Source of the DNA: Candidatus Eiseniibacteriota bacterium
GTDB taxonomy: Bacteria > Eisenbacteria > RBG-16-71-46 > CAZAMP01
DNA: 33,769 bases
NCBI GenBank assembly: GCA_965224245.1
Contig: CBDCYW010000006.1
Coordinates: forward strand, 1-33,769
Direction: 5' to 3'
In this document: piece after piece, positions 7,410 through 15,488 of the stretch
Layout: every line of letters starts with the position of its first letter
Position numbering within the stretch: the first letter of the stretch is position 1
Notes under the pieces: model-generated
Seen by the model: only the letters and a program-made list of their open reading frames with translations
Told to the model about the DNA's origin: nothing
Database searches by the model: none
Position numbers and translations under genes: made by a program

Positions 7410-8449
7410 AGACGCCCGCGTGAGCGGTCAGCCCAAGCCAACGACAACCACCGGAGCTGCCCGTGACCGGGTAGGACGCTTCGGACTGTCCACCGGACAC
7501 TCCGGCGCGTTCCTCGGAGTCGGAGGCGAACCACGGACCCGGAAACGCCGGCGTTTGCCGGCGAACCCTCGTGGCCGAGGGTCGAGGGAACCAAGGCATC
7601 GCCCTCGTTCCTCGGGCTCCAGCGGTTGCTCGCCTGCGGCTCGCGTTGGCCTCCCTCCGCTGTCTGCCTGGACGCCCCGACGTGCCACTGGCACCTCGGG
7701 TCGTGCTGCGGCCTCCAGCTTCCGGTCGGCTTCGTTGCGCGCGCTCGCCCTCCGCCGGGCTTCAGGGAAACCGATTTTGCGTCCATCGCACCCTTCGGGG
7801 TACGATGAAAAACTGGACACCAGGTCGGCGCTGCACTGGAATGCAGCTCTCCCTGATTTCCAGTTTTTGCGCTCGTAACCTCGCTATGCAAAATAGATTT
7901 CCCTTTCGCCCGTCTCCGGGCCTCGTCCGAGCCCCTCAACACGTTCCCCCAAGCACACGAGCAGATCGTCGTGCGCATGGGGACCCCGCACGTGTTGAGG
8001 CGGCGTCGCCTCGCTCCTGGCCCGGCGCCGCTGGCGCCGCGCGGAGCGCGTCTCCTTGGGTCTTCGCCCCCACGGGCTGCCTCTGGTGGTGGCAGCGGAC
8101 GTGGGGGCTGCGACCTGCTCGGACGAGGCCCGGAGACCTCAAACCGAGACGGACGCCGGGTCCCGCCGGCCTTCGGCCGCCCGGCGTCCTAGACCTCGCC
8201 GGCGCCCCTTGGCGGGGCTTGCTCGGTCACTCGGTTTGGGCCTCGGGCGAGCGCGCGCGGAATGCGGTTGTCCCGCGCGATGGCGCGGGACCGGTTGCTC
8301 TCTTGGACCCCACCCTTGCCGCTGCGACCGCGTGCCCTCGGCGGCTGACGGATCGTTCCCGGTGGGGGGGAGCGCCCCTGCGGAGCGAAGCGACGGTTGC
8401 CCAGGGGCGCGGTGGGTGGTACGACGGAGGCCCGGCCGTCGTGGCCGGG
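7397..8449. other. ~1-kb element of nested inverted repeats (structured ncRNA or ssDNA origin/oriT region)
   Basis: Stems read directly: 7737-7750/8245-8258 (14 bp perfect), 7912-7932/8117-8137 (21 bp perfect), 7764-7780/7888-7904 (15/17), 7808-7817/7859-7868, 7934-7944/7990-8000, 8066-8074/8100-8108, 8138-8148/8230-8240, 8151-8160/8180-8189, 8372-8380/8402-8410; CTTCGG loops at 7793 and 8171. Confidence 0.75.
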
Positions 8450-8457
8450 TGAGCACT

Positions 8458-9507
8458 ATGCAAGGCAAACCTCGGATGCAAACGCTGATCGATCTTCGCC
8501 GCGGGGAGTCCCGCCGGGGCCGCATTCCGAAGGACGAACTCCCGCCCTGGGAGCCGGGCACGAGCGCCTTCCGGGTGCTCCGGTTCCTCCGGGATTACCG
8601 GTACCTCACGAGCGAGCTCGCCGGGATCCTCTACGAGGCCCACCATGGGCGGGGTCGGTACCAGGTCCGGAACCAGCTCACGTTGCTGGAGCGGTACGGG
8701 TACGCGAAGCGGCACCGGCGGCCCGCGGAGGTCGGGTCGAACCAGTACGTGTACACGCTGTCCGTGGAGGGCGGGCACCTCGTCATCGACGACAAGGACT
8801 GGTCGGCCGAGCGCCGGAAGGTCTACAACCGGGCCACGACGAAGTCGGACTACGAGCACGCCCTGGCCGTGACCTTCCTCCAGATCCTCTGGGACCTCGG
8901 GAGCCGCGAGCATGAGGATCTGTTCAGCACCGAGCTCTACTGGTCAGACAAGCACGGGGACGACCGGGAGATCACCAACGCCTTCGAGGCGACCGTCGAG
9001 GGTGATCCGGTCCGGATTCACCCCGATACGACGGTCCTCATTCGGCACGGCCGGCGGGACTACGTCCGGCCGATCTTCTTCGAGATCGAGCGATCGCGGA
9101 AGAACGACGAGCGGACCGCGAAGCGGTTCCGCGCGTACGCCGACCTCGTCACGGGCGGGCGGAAGGCCGTGGATGGGGTCTTCCAGAGGCACATGGGGCT
9201 CCGCCCGGAGCCCGGGATGGTCGTCTTCATCGCCGGCGACAGCGACCACGCGGCCCAGCTCTGGAAGCTCGCCCGCCGGCTCCTCGAGGTGGATCGTGTC
9301 GGGCACCGCAAGCTCCCCGAGTTCTGGTTCACGTCGCTTGACGAGCTGATCGAGGAGGAGACTGAAACCGTCGACGTCGGGACGTCCCGTAGCGGGGTTC
9401 CGCGCCGGCGGACCCGCATGACGCGGCGGATCATCCCGCCGCCGGCGTTCTTCGCCGAGGAGCTCTTCGTAAACCTCCACGGAAAGCGCGGTCGCCTCGT
9501 GGTGTGA
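8458..9507 (+). CDS. Replication-relaxation (Replic_Relax)-family protein: winged-helix + PD-(D/E)XK-like nuclease
   Basis: N-terminal wHTH (LRFLRDYRYLTSE..LTLLERYGY..YVYTLSVEG), then EHALAV, IHPDT, FFEIERS..KRFRAY. Start ATG 8458 (or 8476); the upstream in-frame extension to 8056 is low-complexity. Confidence 0.75.
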   Translation: MQGKPRMQTLIDLRRGESRRGRIPKDELPPWEPGTSAFRVLRFLRDYRYLTSELAGILYEAHHGRGRYQVRNQLTLLERYGYAKRHRRPAEVGSNQYVYTLSVEGGHLVIDDKDWSAERRKVYNRATTKSDYEHALAVTFLQILWDLGSREHEDLFSTELYWSDKHGDDREITNAFEATVEGDPVRIHPDTTVLIRHGRRDYVRPIFFEIERSRKNDERTAKRFRAYADLVTGGRKAVDGVFQRHMGLRPEPGMVVFIAGDSDHAAQLWKLARRLLEVDRVGHRKLPEFWFTSLDELIEEETETVDVGTSRSGVPRRRTRMTRRIIPPPAFFAEELFVNLHGKRGRLVV

Positions 9508-9549
9508 ACCCACAAGGCACGTCTTCCATCGTGCTAGGGGTATCGGGCG

Positions 9550-10908
9550 ATGAGCCGCGACTACGATGTCTTCATCAGTTACGCACACGAGGATAGTGGG
9601 TTCGTCGAGATGCTCGCGGAGGATCTCGCCAAGTGCGGTTTGCGGGTGTGGCGTGACACAGAACAGATCGTCGTCGGAGACTATCTATACAAGAAGCTTC
9701 AGGAGGGCCTATCCTGGTCCAAGCTGATGGTCTGCATTGTTTCGGAAGCCTACCTTAAGTCGGCTTGGTGCGAACACGAACGTGTCGACCGCATGTATCG
9801 AGAGGTAGAAGCATCGCGGATCGAAGTCCTACCAATCCTCCTCGACGATTCTCCCATTCGTGAAATCTTTCCAGGGAAGATCTACTGCGATTTCAGAGAC
9901 ATGCACCACTATCACGAAGCGGTGGATCGGCTCCTTGACGCCCTGTTCACTCACATCGGTCAGAGGAGCGATCTGACCCCGTACTTTGACAACACCGTGC
10001 GTTTCAACGTGTGGACGCCGCAACGGGCTTCTGTTTGGTACTCATGCAGGAAGCAGTTCTGGTACGAGTTCATCGCGGCGGAGGTGATCTACGGTCGGAC
10101 TGGTGGTGCCAAGTCTCGCCTGAAGGCCTTGAAGGAGTCGAGGGCTGTACGGCAGCTAATAGGTTACAAGGTGCGTGCTGAGATGAAGCGCTACCTCAGG
10201 GGGTGGGCAGACACGGAACCTGGTCAACTGGCTGATCGCATCCGACAGTTCGTTAGAGATCAACACGGCCCTACGCCTACGCCAGTGATGGAGTTCAACA
10301 ACGGGATTCCGGTCACGCCGGAGCAGCTTCAGAACTGGATCGAAAGAGGCGTGGAAAGGTATCGCACGTGGCGGGACTCCCTCGCATCTCGTTACTCCGA
10401 CTCCAACGGGTGGTCCACCGACAGGGCCCCGTTTTACAGCCCGCGCTACCAGTTCACGACGCCAAACTTCAAAATCGACGTGGGCTACACTCCCTTCGCT
10501 TGGACCGAGGACGAATCGACGGTTCTCTTTCTTGAAAACCGTCGCACGGACCGAACTTCTTCGCGGGCGAAGCGCCGGTTTAGGCTTCACGCTCTCGCGC
10601 TTTCACAACGCCGGTCCAAGACAGCGCGAGAGATCGCGGCACAGATCCTCTTTCTCGATGATGGCGTGGTAGAAGAAATGGTCTGCGAACCCTCGGAACT
10701 CGGGCAAGTGCAGCGAGAGACGCTGGCCATCGCCGAGCGCTATCATCGTGATCGCGTGTCGCGGCAACCAATTCAAGCTGACCTAGAACAGGTGAAGTGC
10801 CGCACCTGCAAGTACCTTAGCGTTTGCCATGAGGGTCTAGCCTTTCTCGATCTGCCAGTGAGTGGTGATGTGATTCCGCGCGAGGAGAATCAGACCCCGT
10901 TGTTCTGA
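9550..10908 (+). CDS. TIR domain fused to a Cas4/AddB-like (PDDEXK_1) Fe-S domain
   Basis: TIR: YDVFISYAHED, GLRVWRD, SEAYLKSAWCEHE, VLPILLDD. C-terminal domain: SCRKQFWYEF and CRTCKYLSVC (1+3 Cys pattern of Cas4/AddB). Confidence 0.8.
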   Translation: MSRDYDVFISYAHEDSGFVEMLAEDLAKCGLRVWRDTEQIVVGDYLYKKLQEGLSWSKLMVCIVSEAYLKSAWCEHERVDRMYREVEASRIEVLPILLDDSPIREIFPGKIYCDFRDMHHYHEAVDRLLDALFTHIGQRSDLTPYFDNTVRFNVWTPQRASVWYSCRKQFWYEFIAAEVIYGRTGGAKSRLKALKESRAVRQLIGYKVRAEMKRYLRGWADTEPGQLADRIRQFVRDQHGPTPTPVMEFNNGIPVTPEQLQNWIERGVERYRTWRDSLASRYSDSNGWSTDRAPFYSPRYQFTTPNFKIDVGYTPFAWTEDESTVLFLENRRTDRTSSRAKRRFRLHALALSQRRSKTAREIAAQILFLDDGVVEEMVCEPSELGQVQRETLAIAERYHRDRVSRQPIQADLEQVKCRTCKYLSVCHEGLAFLDLPVSGDVIPREENQTPLF

Positions 10909-11331
10909 GACGTACCGGGCGGCGAGCGGATGAGCGCGTAGGCCCGGTTGTGCTATTCTGCTCTGTACAGCCATGCAGCGTCGCGCCCGCCCCGCTTCGG
11001 CAACAGCGGATTTGGCGCGGTCACGTGGCACCCCCTGGTACGGGGTGGTGCGTGCGCGCAGTCACGAGTACCAGTCGTGGCCCGCGTGGGCGATGCCGGT
11101 TTGCTGTCGTACATTGGCCCCGCTCTTCGACGGCGGGGCCTTGTCGTCAGCTACCACTCGGGAAGGCGAAGGAAATCACCTCGCACTAGCCCCGGAAAGC
11201 GATTGACGAACTCCCCTCGAGATCCTCGCTAGCCCTCTTCGTCCCCCTCTTCCGCTCTCCCCGATCTGCTCCGCGCGCCCGTGCTCACCGGGGCGCGCGC
11301 TGACTCCTCAAAGATCAAGGAGGTCCGTGCC

Positions 11332-11616
11332 GTGGTAGCTCCACGAGACCGGTCCCGATTCCGCCTCGGGCAGACGGTCATCACCCGCGGTGCCCTGGGC
11401 ACGCTCTCCGGCGACGACGTCGCGACGGCGATGCTCCGTCACGCTCGTGGTGACTGGGGCGAGCTCGTCGCCGAGGACCGGGCCGCGAACGACCGGGCCC
11501 TTGAGAAAGGCGGCCGTCTGGTCTCCGCCTACCGGACCGCCCGGGGCACCAAGTTCTGGATCATCACCGAGGCCGACCGCTCGGTGACCACGGTACTCCT
11601 GCCCGAGGAGTACTGA
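11332..11616 (+). CDS. Conserved small plasmid/ICE protein (94 aa; RH..GDWG...W(I/V)ITE.DRS.TT.LLP.EY type)
   Basis: AAGGAGGT RBS at 11317-11324 then GTG 11332; sequence pattern is one I recognise from widespread plasmid hypothetical proteins. Confidence 0.8.
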   Translation: MVAPRDRSRFRLGQTVITRGALGTLSGDDVATAMLRHARGDWGELVAEDRAANDRALEKGGRLVSAYRTARGTKFWIITEADRSVTTVLLPEEY

Positions 11617-11749
11617 TCCGGCCGCAATCCCGTAACTGACGATTCGTCGTCCGACCCTGACATCATCCCGACCCGCGATCGTTCGTCTCCGGGCACGTAT
11701 GCGCGTCGCCTGGAGCCCGAACTGCGTTCGGGTCAGAGAGGAGCTGCTC

Positions 11750-12190
11750 GTGTCCGACGAGCCCCGCTACCGCGTCGGTGAAGCCGGAACGCCGACCTAC
11801 GAGGCGCCGCCCACGAGACCGGTGACCGAACCCGAGCGTGTCTCCACGCTCTGCCGAGGCCTGGCCCGGCTGCGGGTCGAGGTGTTCCAGGTGCTCCTGC
11901 TCGATGCCCGGCACCACCTGATCCGCAAGGTCACGGTGAGCCGCGGCAGTCTCAACGCCAGCATCGTTCATCCCAGGGAAGTGTTCCGGCCGGCCATCGT
12001 GGCCTCGGCCGGCGCGATCCTCCTGGTGCACAACCACCCGTCTGGGCACCCGGAACCGTCCCGGGACGACCTCGAACTCACGAAGCGCCTGGTGCGCGCC
12101 GGCGAGCTTCTCGGGATCCCGGTGCTCGACCACATCATCATCGTGAAGTCCGGGTACCTCTCGCTTCGCCGCGAGGGGCACCTCGGGTGA
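11750..12190 (+). CDS. radC: RadC-like JAB/MPN-domain protein (short mobile-element type)
   Basis: VHPREVF, HNHPSG, PSRDD, VLDHIII; GAGAGGAG RBS before GTG 11750. Confidence 0.92.
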   Translation: MSDEPRYRVGEAGTPTYEAPPTRPVTEPERVSTLCRGLARLRVEVFQVLLLDARHHLIRKVTVSRGSLNASIVHPREVFRPAIVASAGAILLVHNHPSGHPEPSRDDLELTKRLVRAGELLGIPVLDHIIIVKSGYLSLRREGHLG

Positions 12191-12198
12191 ATCCAACC

Positions 12199-12233
12199 GC
12201 GGTCGTCCGTTCCAACGGGCGACCGCTCTTCTC
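12199..12233 (+). terminator. Probable intrinsic terminator after radC
   Basis: Hairpin GCGGTCGTCCGTT-cc-AACGGGCGACCGC (one G-U) followed by TCTTCTC. Confidence 0.5.
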
Positions 12234-12287
12234 ATAGCGGTCAATGCACCGACCGTGCTAGCATTGAATCCGATAAGGAGGTCTGCG

Positions 12288-12557
12288 ATGCGTATCAATC
12301 ATGCAGTGGAGTTCGAGTTCTCCGGATGTGAGTACCATCCTCCCGCTCCTGCCGGCGTAGCCTTCGATCTCGAAATGGCTAAGCGCCTCCTCGGGGAGGC
12401 TGGGCATGTCGACCCATCACAGTACCAACTCAACATGTATCGGGATCTGTTGTTGGAGTTCGCTCGCTCGCTCGCAAAGGACTTCAGGCGGCTTGAGCCT
12501 ACGATTCAAGAGGACGTAGTTCGCCGTAAGGGTACGAAGGTCGCGCCACCAGCTTGA
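12288..12557 (+). CDS. Hypothetical protein (89 aa)
   Basis: TAAGGAGG RBS before ATG 12288; no recognisable motif. Confidence 0.6.
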   Translation: MRINHAVEFEFSGCEYHPPAPAGVAFDLEMAKRLLGEAGHVDPSQYQLNMYRDLLLEFARSLAKDFRRLEPTIQEDVVRRKGTKVAPPA

Positions 12558-12591
12558 TGCTTGGTCCCTAGCTTTCCCACGGCCTGTTCAA

Positions 12592-13986
12592 GTGGATCGC
12601 ACATTCACACTCGCGGTCCAGCGGCTCGCTGGCTTTCCAGGCACTGTTGCCGAGTGGAATAGCCTCGACTCCGCAAGCCAATCTGTTTCGCTACTGAATG
12701 TCGTCGAGGCGATTGGATCACTTGGGATCGGTTCGGCGCATCCTGCTGTCAGTTTCCTTTCGATTCTCTCTCGTTGGACACTTAGGCTGCGAGGGGCCGG
12801 TACGCGAGAGAGCGCTATGCTACGGCTTCGTCAGAAGCTAGCCCTTCAAGAGATCGTCGACTTCGACGATGTTGCGTTTGTTCACGCCGTTCGTGATCAC
12901 CCTCCGACCTTCATTGGAACCCTGGTTCTACTCGACACACTGCTTGCCCCCGCCATCCAAGAACGGCAGCTTGTAACACGATCGTATCTTGAAGATACTT
13001 TTCGGCTCGTGCTGGATCTGCTCCGCGCCGATCCGTCAATTCGGCCCGAGGACGCCATCTACCTCGAGCTTGTGATTCGGAAGGGTGGGTTTCCCAGAGA
13101 CGGCCTGACGAGCATTGCGTCTCCTCCGGAATTGGTTCGCGCTGTACTAGAGGGCGCTGGTCCTGGCCGTTTTCGTTCTCTTGCGTTCACAACCGAGTGT
13201 CTAGGTCGCATCGGAGATTGCCCAAAGCTCTTCTCTCAGGCTCTTCATCAGCTTCTTCATTTCGCCGAACAAGACTACCTTGTCCCCGGGGATGGCTCGC
13301 AGCAGGATCACGCCTTCCCCCCGAGTTTGAAATGCTCGGATGAGTTGGTCGCTGTCTACAACGCCTGCCTCCTACTCCGATCAGCTCGTTTCGCGCTGAA
13401 TCCAGACTCACTATCACGCCTCAGGACCTCTGTTCTCGCGAGCATGTTCTATCGTGGACAACGCTTTGACTCCCAAGCCGTCACGATCGCAGAGCAGATA
13501 GCCGAGATCATCAGCTCGGCAAGCAAACGAAACCGTCACCTTGGGCCCTCTGCTCTGGAAGATGATTGGCGGGATACTTTGGCCTGGGGCCTTGAGCAGC
13601 GTGGCTACAAGGTCCACGCCGAGGTTACGGAAACACATGGCTGCCGTCTGGACCTTCTCGTCAGTTCCTTCGAGAACGCTGATCCCATCTGTATCGAGCT
13701 GAAGCGCCTCAGCTACGCTCGCCAGCAGCGGGAACAGCTTGCGCAGCAGTTGCGCCGGTACGCTCGCGCAACAGATCGACATCTCGTTCTTGTTCTGATC
13801 AAAGACGTGCCCGGTCTCGTTGATGGTGAGGTTCCCAACGACGCCATCTTCGAAGACTTCTTCTTCGCGTCGGCGCCGATTGAAATAAGCCCGACGACAT
13901 CCTTGTGGTTTGCCCTCCTTCGCCCCGGCCTGCGCCTTGACCGCGATGTTTCTGTCTCACTCGTGCTACATGACGTGCTCGAGTAA
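12592..13986 (+). CDS. 464-aa protein with a helical N-terminal region and C-terminal PD-(D/E)XK nuclease domain
   Basis: EDDWRDTL...VHAEV...RLDLLV...ICIELKR catalytic pattern; lower GC than the backbone. Start uncertain. Confidence 0.65.
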   Translation: MDRTFTLAVQRLAGFPGTVAEWNSLDSASQSVSLLNVVEAIGSLGIGSAHPAVSFLSILSRWTLRLRGAGTRESAMLRLRQKLALQEIVDFDDVAFVHAVRDHPPTFIGTLVLLDTLLAPAIQERQLVTRSYLEDTFRLVLDLLRADPSIRPEDAIYLELVIRKGGFPRDGLTSIASPPELVRAVLEGAGPGRFRSLAFTTECLGRIGDCPKLFSQALHQLLHFAEQDYLVPGDGSQQDHAFPPSLKCSDELVAVYNACLLLRSARFALNPDSLSRLRTSVLASMFYRGQRFDSQAVTIAEQIAEIISSASKRNRHLGPSALEDDWRDTLAWGLEQRGYKVHAEVTETHGCRLDLLVSSFENADPICIELKRLSYARQQREQLAQQLRRYARATDRHLVLVLIKDVPGLVDGEVPNDAIFEDFFFASAPIEISPTTSLWFALLRPGLRLDRDVSVSLVLHDVLE

Positions 13987-14074
13987 CTGTCTGATGGAAC
14001 CCGTCTCCCTCGGGAGGGAACCCTCTTGATCGTTTCTCAGTCGTACCGTGAGACAGCCCCTCCACGTTCCTGAT

Positions 14075-14165
14075 ATGGCACACTCTGGTAATTCTGGGCC
14101 ATCGCAAACGCACGCTCGCCAGCCGCCTGCGAACATGATGGCAGACTTTCCCTAAGCTAAGTCTG
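14075..14165. other. Two ATGGCA-n-ACT motifs resembling the site at 15377-15408 (candidate recombinase sites)
   Basis: 14075-14102 ATGGCACACTCTGGTAATTCTGGGCCAT matches 15379-15406 at 19/28 with the same ATGGC..GCCAT spacing; 14137-14165 begins GATGGCAGACTT and has IR CAGACTT/AAGTCTG. Confidence 0.4.
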
Positions 14166-14170
14166 GGACG

Positions 14171-15307
14171 TCACTTGATCACCTCGAACATCACTGGGTC
14201 GATCGCATAGTAGAACTCGCCGCTGTCGACATTCTGCAGTCGTATGAGACCGAGCTTTTCAAGAAAGTCAACGTTCTCGTCGATCGGAAAGATCCACGTG
14301 GATCGTAGTCTCGTTGAGCGACAACGCTCTACAGCCTCACGCAGGATCGAAAATTGCTTCGATGTCAGCATCTCTTCAAGCTGAGTCGGGACTAGGCCAT
14401 GTCGCTCAACGGTGTCTAGAGTGTCGTGCATTTCGGCGGACTGACGGATGGAACGAATGAGTGTTTCCACATACGCAGGAAACATCAGATGCGCAGGCGA
14501 CTCCGTAGCGAGCTGGTCCGTTCCGAAGATACACCAGTACTTGCGGTCGATGATCCGTGGTCGTCTGGAGCCAAGCGCGCCAGTTGCTCGCCACTGATTC
14601 TCAATCCTTGCCCAGAAATCCATGTTGGCATCATTGACGTCAAACCTCGCGTTCCCTGCAGCGTCGATTTCCCGGACGATCTGTAGAAGGGAAGGACCAC
14701 CTGCCGGTTTGACCGGTAAGGGGGTGAGGATGATGGCTTGTCGCGGAAGAGTCGCTTCGTAGCGAGCGAGCAGCTCATCATACGGGATGATGTGACATCC
14801 AGGTGGTACGAGATCTTGCAGCTGAGCTGTACCCGTATCCGAGCGAGACTTTGAGGCTAACTCGTTGGTCAGGCCCGCAATGATAAAGAGGTAGCTCCGA
14901 TTGCCGACGATGACGTTCGTCCGGAATCGAGAGACCAGCTCGCGTTCAAGGTCACGGGCATAGACAGTTGCCTGAGTGATGGCGGTAGTGGTGTCACGCG
15001 TCAGGATGATCAAGCCCTTTCTCGGCTCAGTGATGAGCCTTGTGTCAGGGCGCTTTAGCTCAATGACTCCAAACGAGGAAATCACGGAAGTCTCGCGCGG
15101 GTAGAAGACGAAATCGGGTTCACTTCTTCCTGGTCTGCCAAGTGGTCGAATATCATGTGATTCAACACGCAATGGAAGGGAACGAGAAAGGAGGTAAGGG
15201 CATCGCGTGAAGAGTCCTTGAAAATCCTTCTCCGAAGATGGACCAGTGAGCAGCCGCTCGAATTGCCGTCGGGCCTCTTCTAGTTCCTCATGTGTTGGCT
15301 GTTCCAC
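14171..15307 (-). CDS. Shedu (SduA/DUF4263)-like anti-phage nuclease with C-terminal extension
   Basis: SEKDFQGLFTRCPYLL, EPDFVF, VIELKRP, TAITQATVY, FIIAG, IIPYDELL match the DUF4263 pattern. Likely start GTG 15307 with GGAGG upstream (ORF is open to 15406). Confidence 0.75.
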   Translation of the reverse strand: MEQPTHEELEEARRQFERLLTGPSSEKDFQGLFTRCPYLLSRSLPLRVESHDIRPLGRPGRSEPDFVFYPRETSVISSFGVIELKRPDTRLITEPRKGLIILTRDTTTAITQATVYARDLERELVSRFRTNVIVGNRSYLFIIAGLTNELASKSRSDTGTAQLQDLVPPGCHIIPYDELLARYEATLPRQAIILTPLPVKPAGGPSLLQIVREIDAAGNARFDVNDANMDFWARIENQWRATGALGSRRPRIIDRKYWCIFGTDQLATESPAHLMFPAYVETLIRSIRQSAEMHDTLDTVERHGLVPTQLEEMLTSKQFSILREAVERCRSTRLRSTWIFPIDENVDFLEKLGLIRLQNVDSGEFYYAIDPVMFEVIK

Positions 15308-15376
15308 GCCTAGCCTGCCTCCCGCCTCCTGCACGTCTGTCGACCTGCAGGCGTTGGGGCTTTGTTCCTCTTCCCA

Positions 15377-15408
15377 GGATGGCATACTTACGTAAGAAAG
15401 TGCCATCC
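15377..15408. other. 32-bp inverted-repeat site GGATGGCATACTT-ACGTAA-GAAAGTGCCATCC, candidate tyrosine-recombinase crossover site
   Basis: Outer 8-bp arms perfectly inverted, AT-rich centre, lox/dif-like geometry, immediately upstream of the recombinase; GGATGGCA recurs at 15461-15468. Confidence 0.55.
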
Positions 15409-15488
15409 GCGGGCTTGACGACCCTCCCCGGACCGGGGTAAAAAGCCCTCACAGTGTCATGGATGGCAGCTCTTCACCGGTTCGGGCC

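Noticed and set aside
7543-7566. AAACGCCGGCGTTT / GTTTGCCGGCGAAC as a third parS
   Set aside because: Shares only the GCCGGC centre; arms and spacing differ from the two exact palindromes.
7267-8457. ORFs across the structured region (7267-7878, 7571-8452, 7406-7978) and the 134-aa N-terminal extension of the 8056-9507 ORF
   Set aside because: Arg/Pro/Gly/Ala-rich low-complexity translations, no RBS or codon bias; the region is better explained by base pairing.
9550-10908. Cas4-like domain as evidence of a CRISPR adaptation module
   Set aside because: No cas1/cas2 or array in the complete unit; the domain is fused to TIR and appears to lack catalytic residues.
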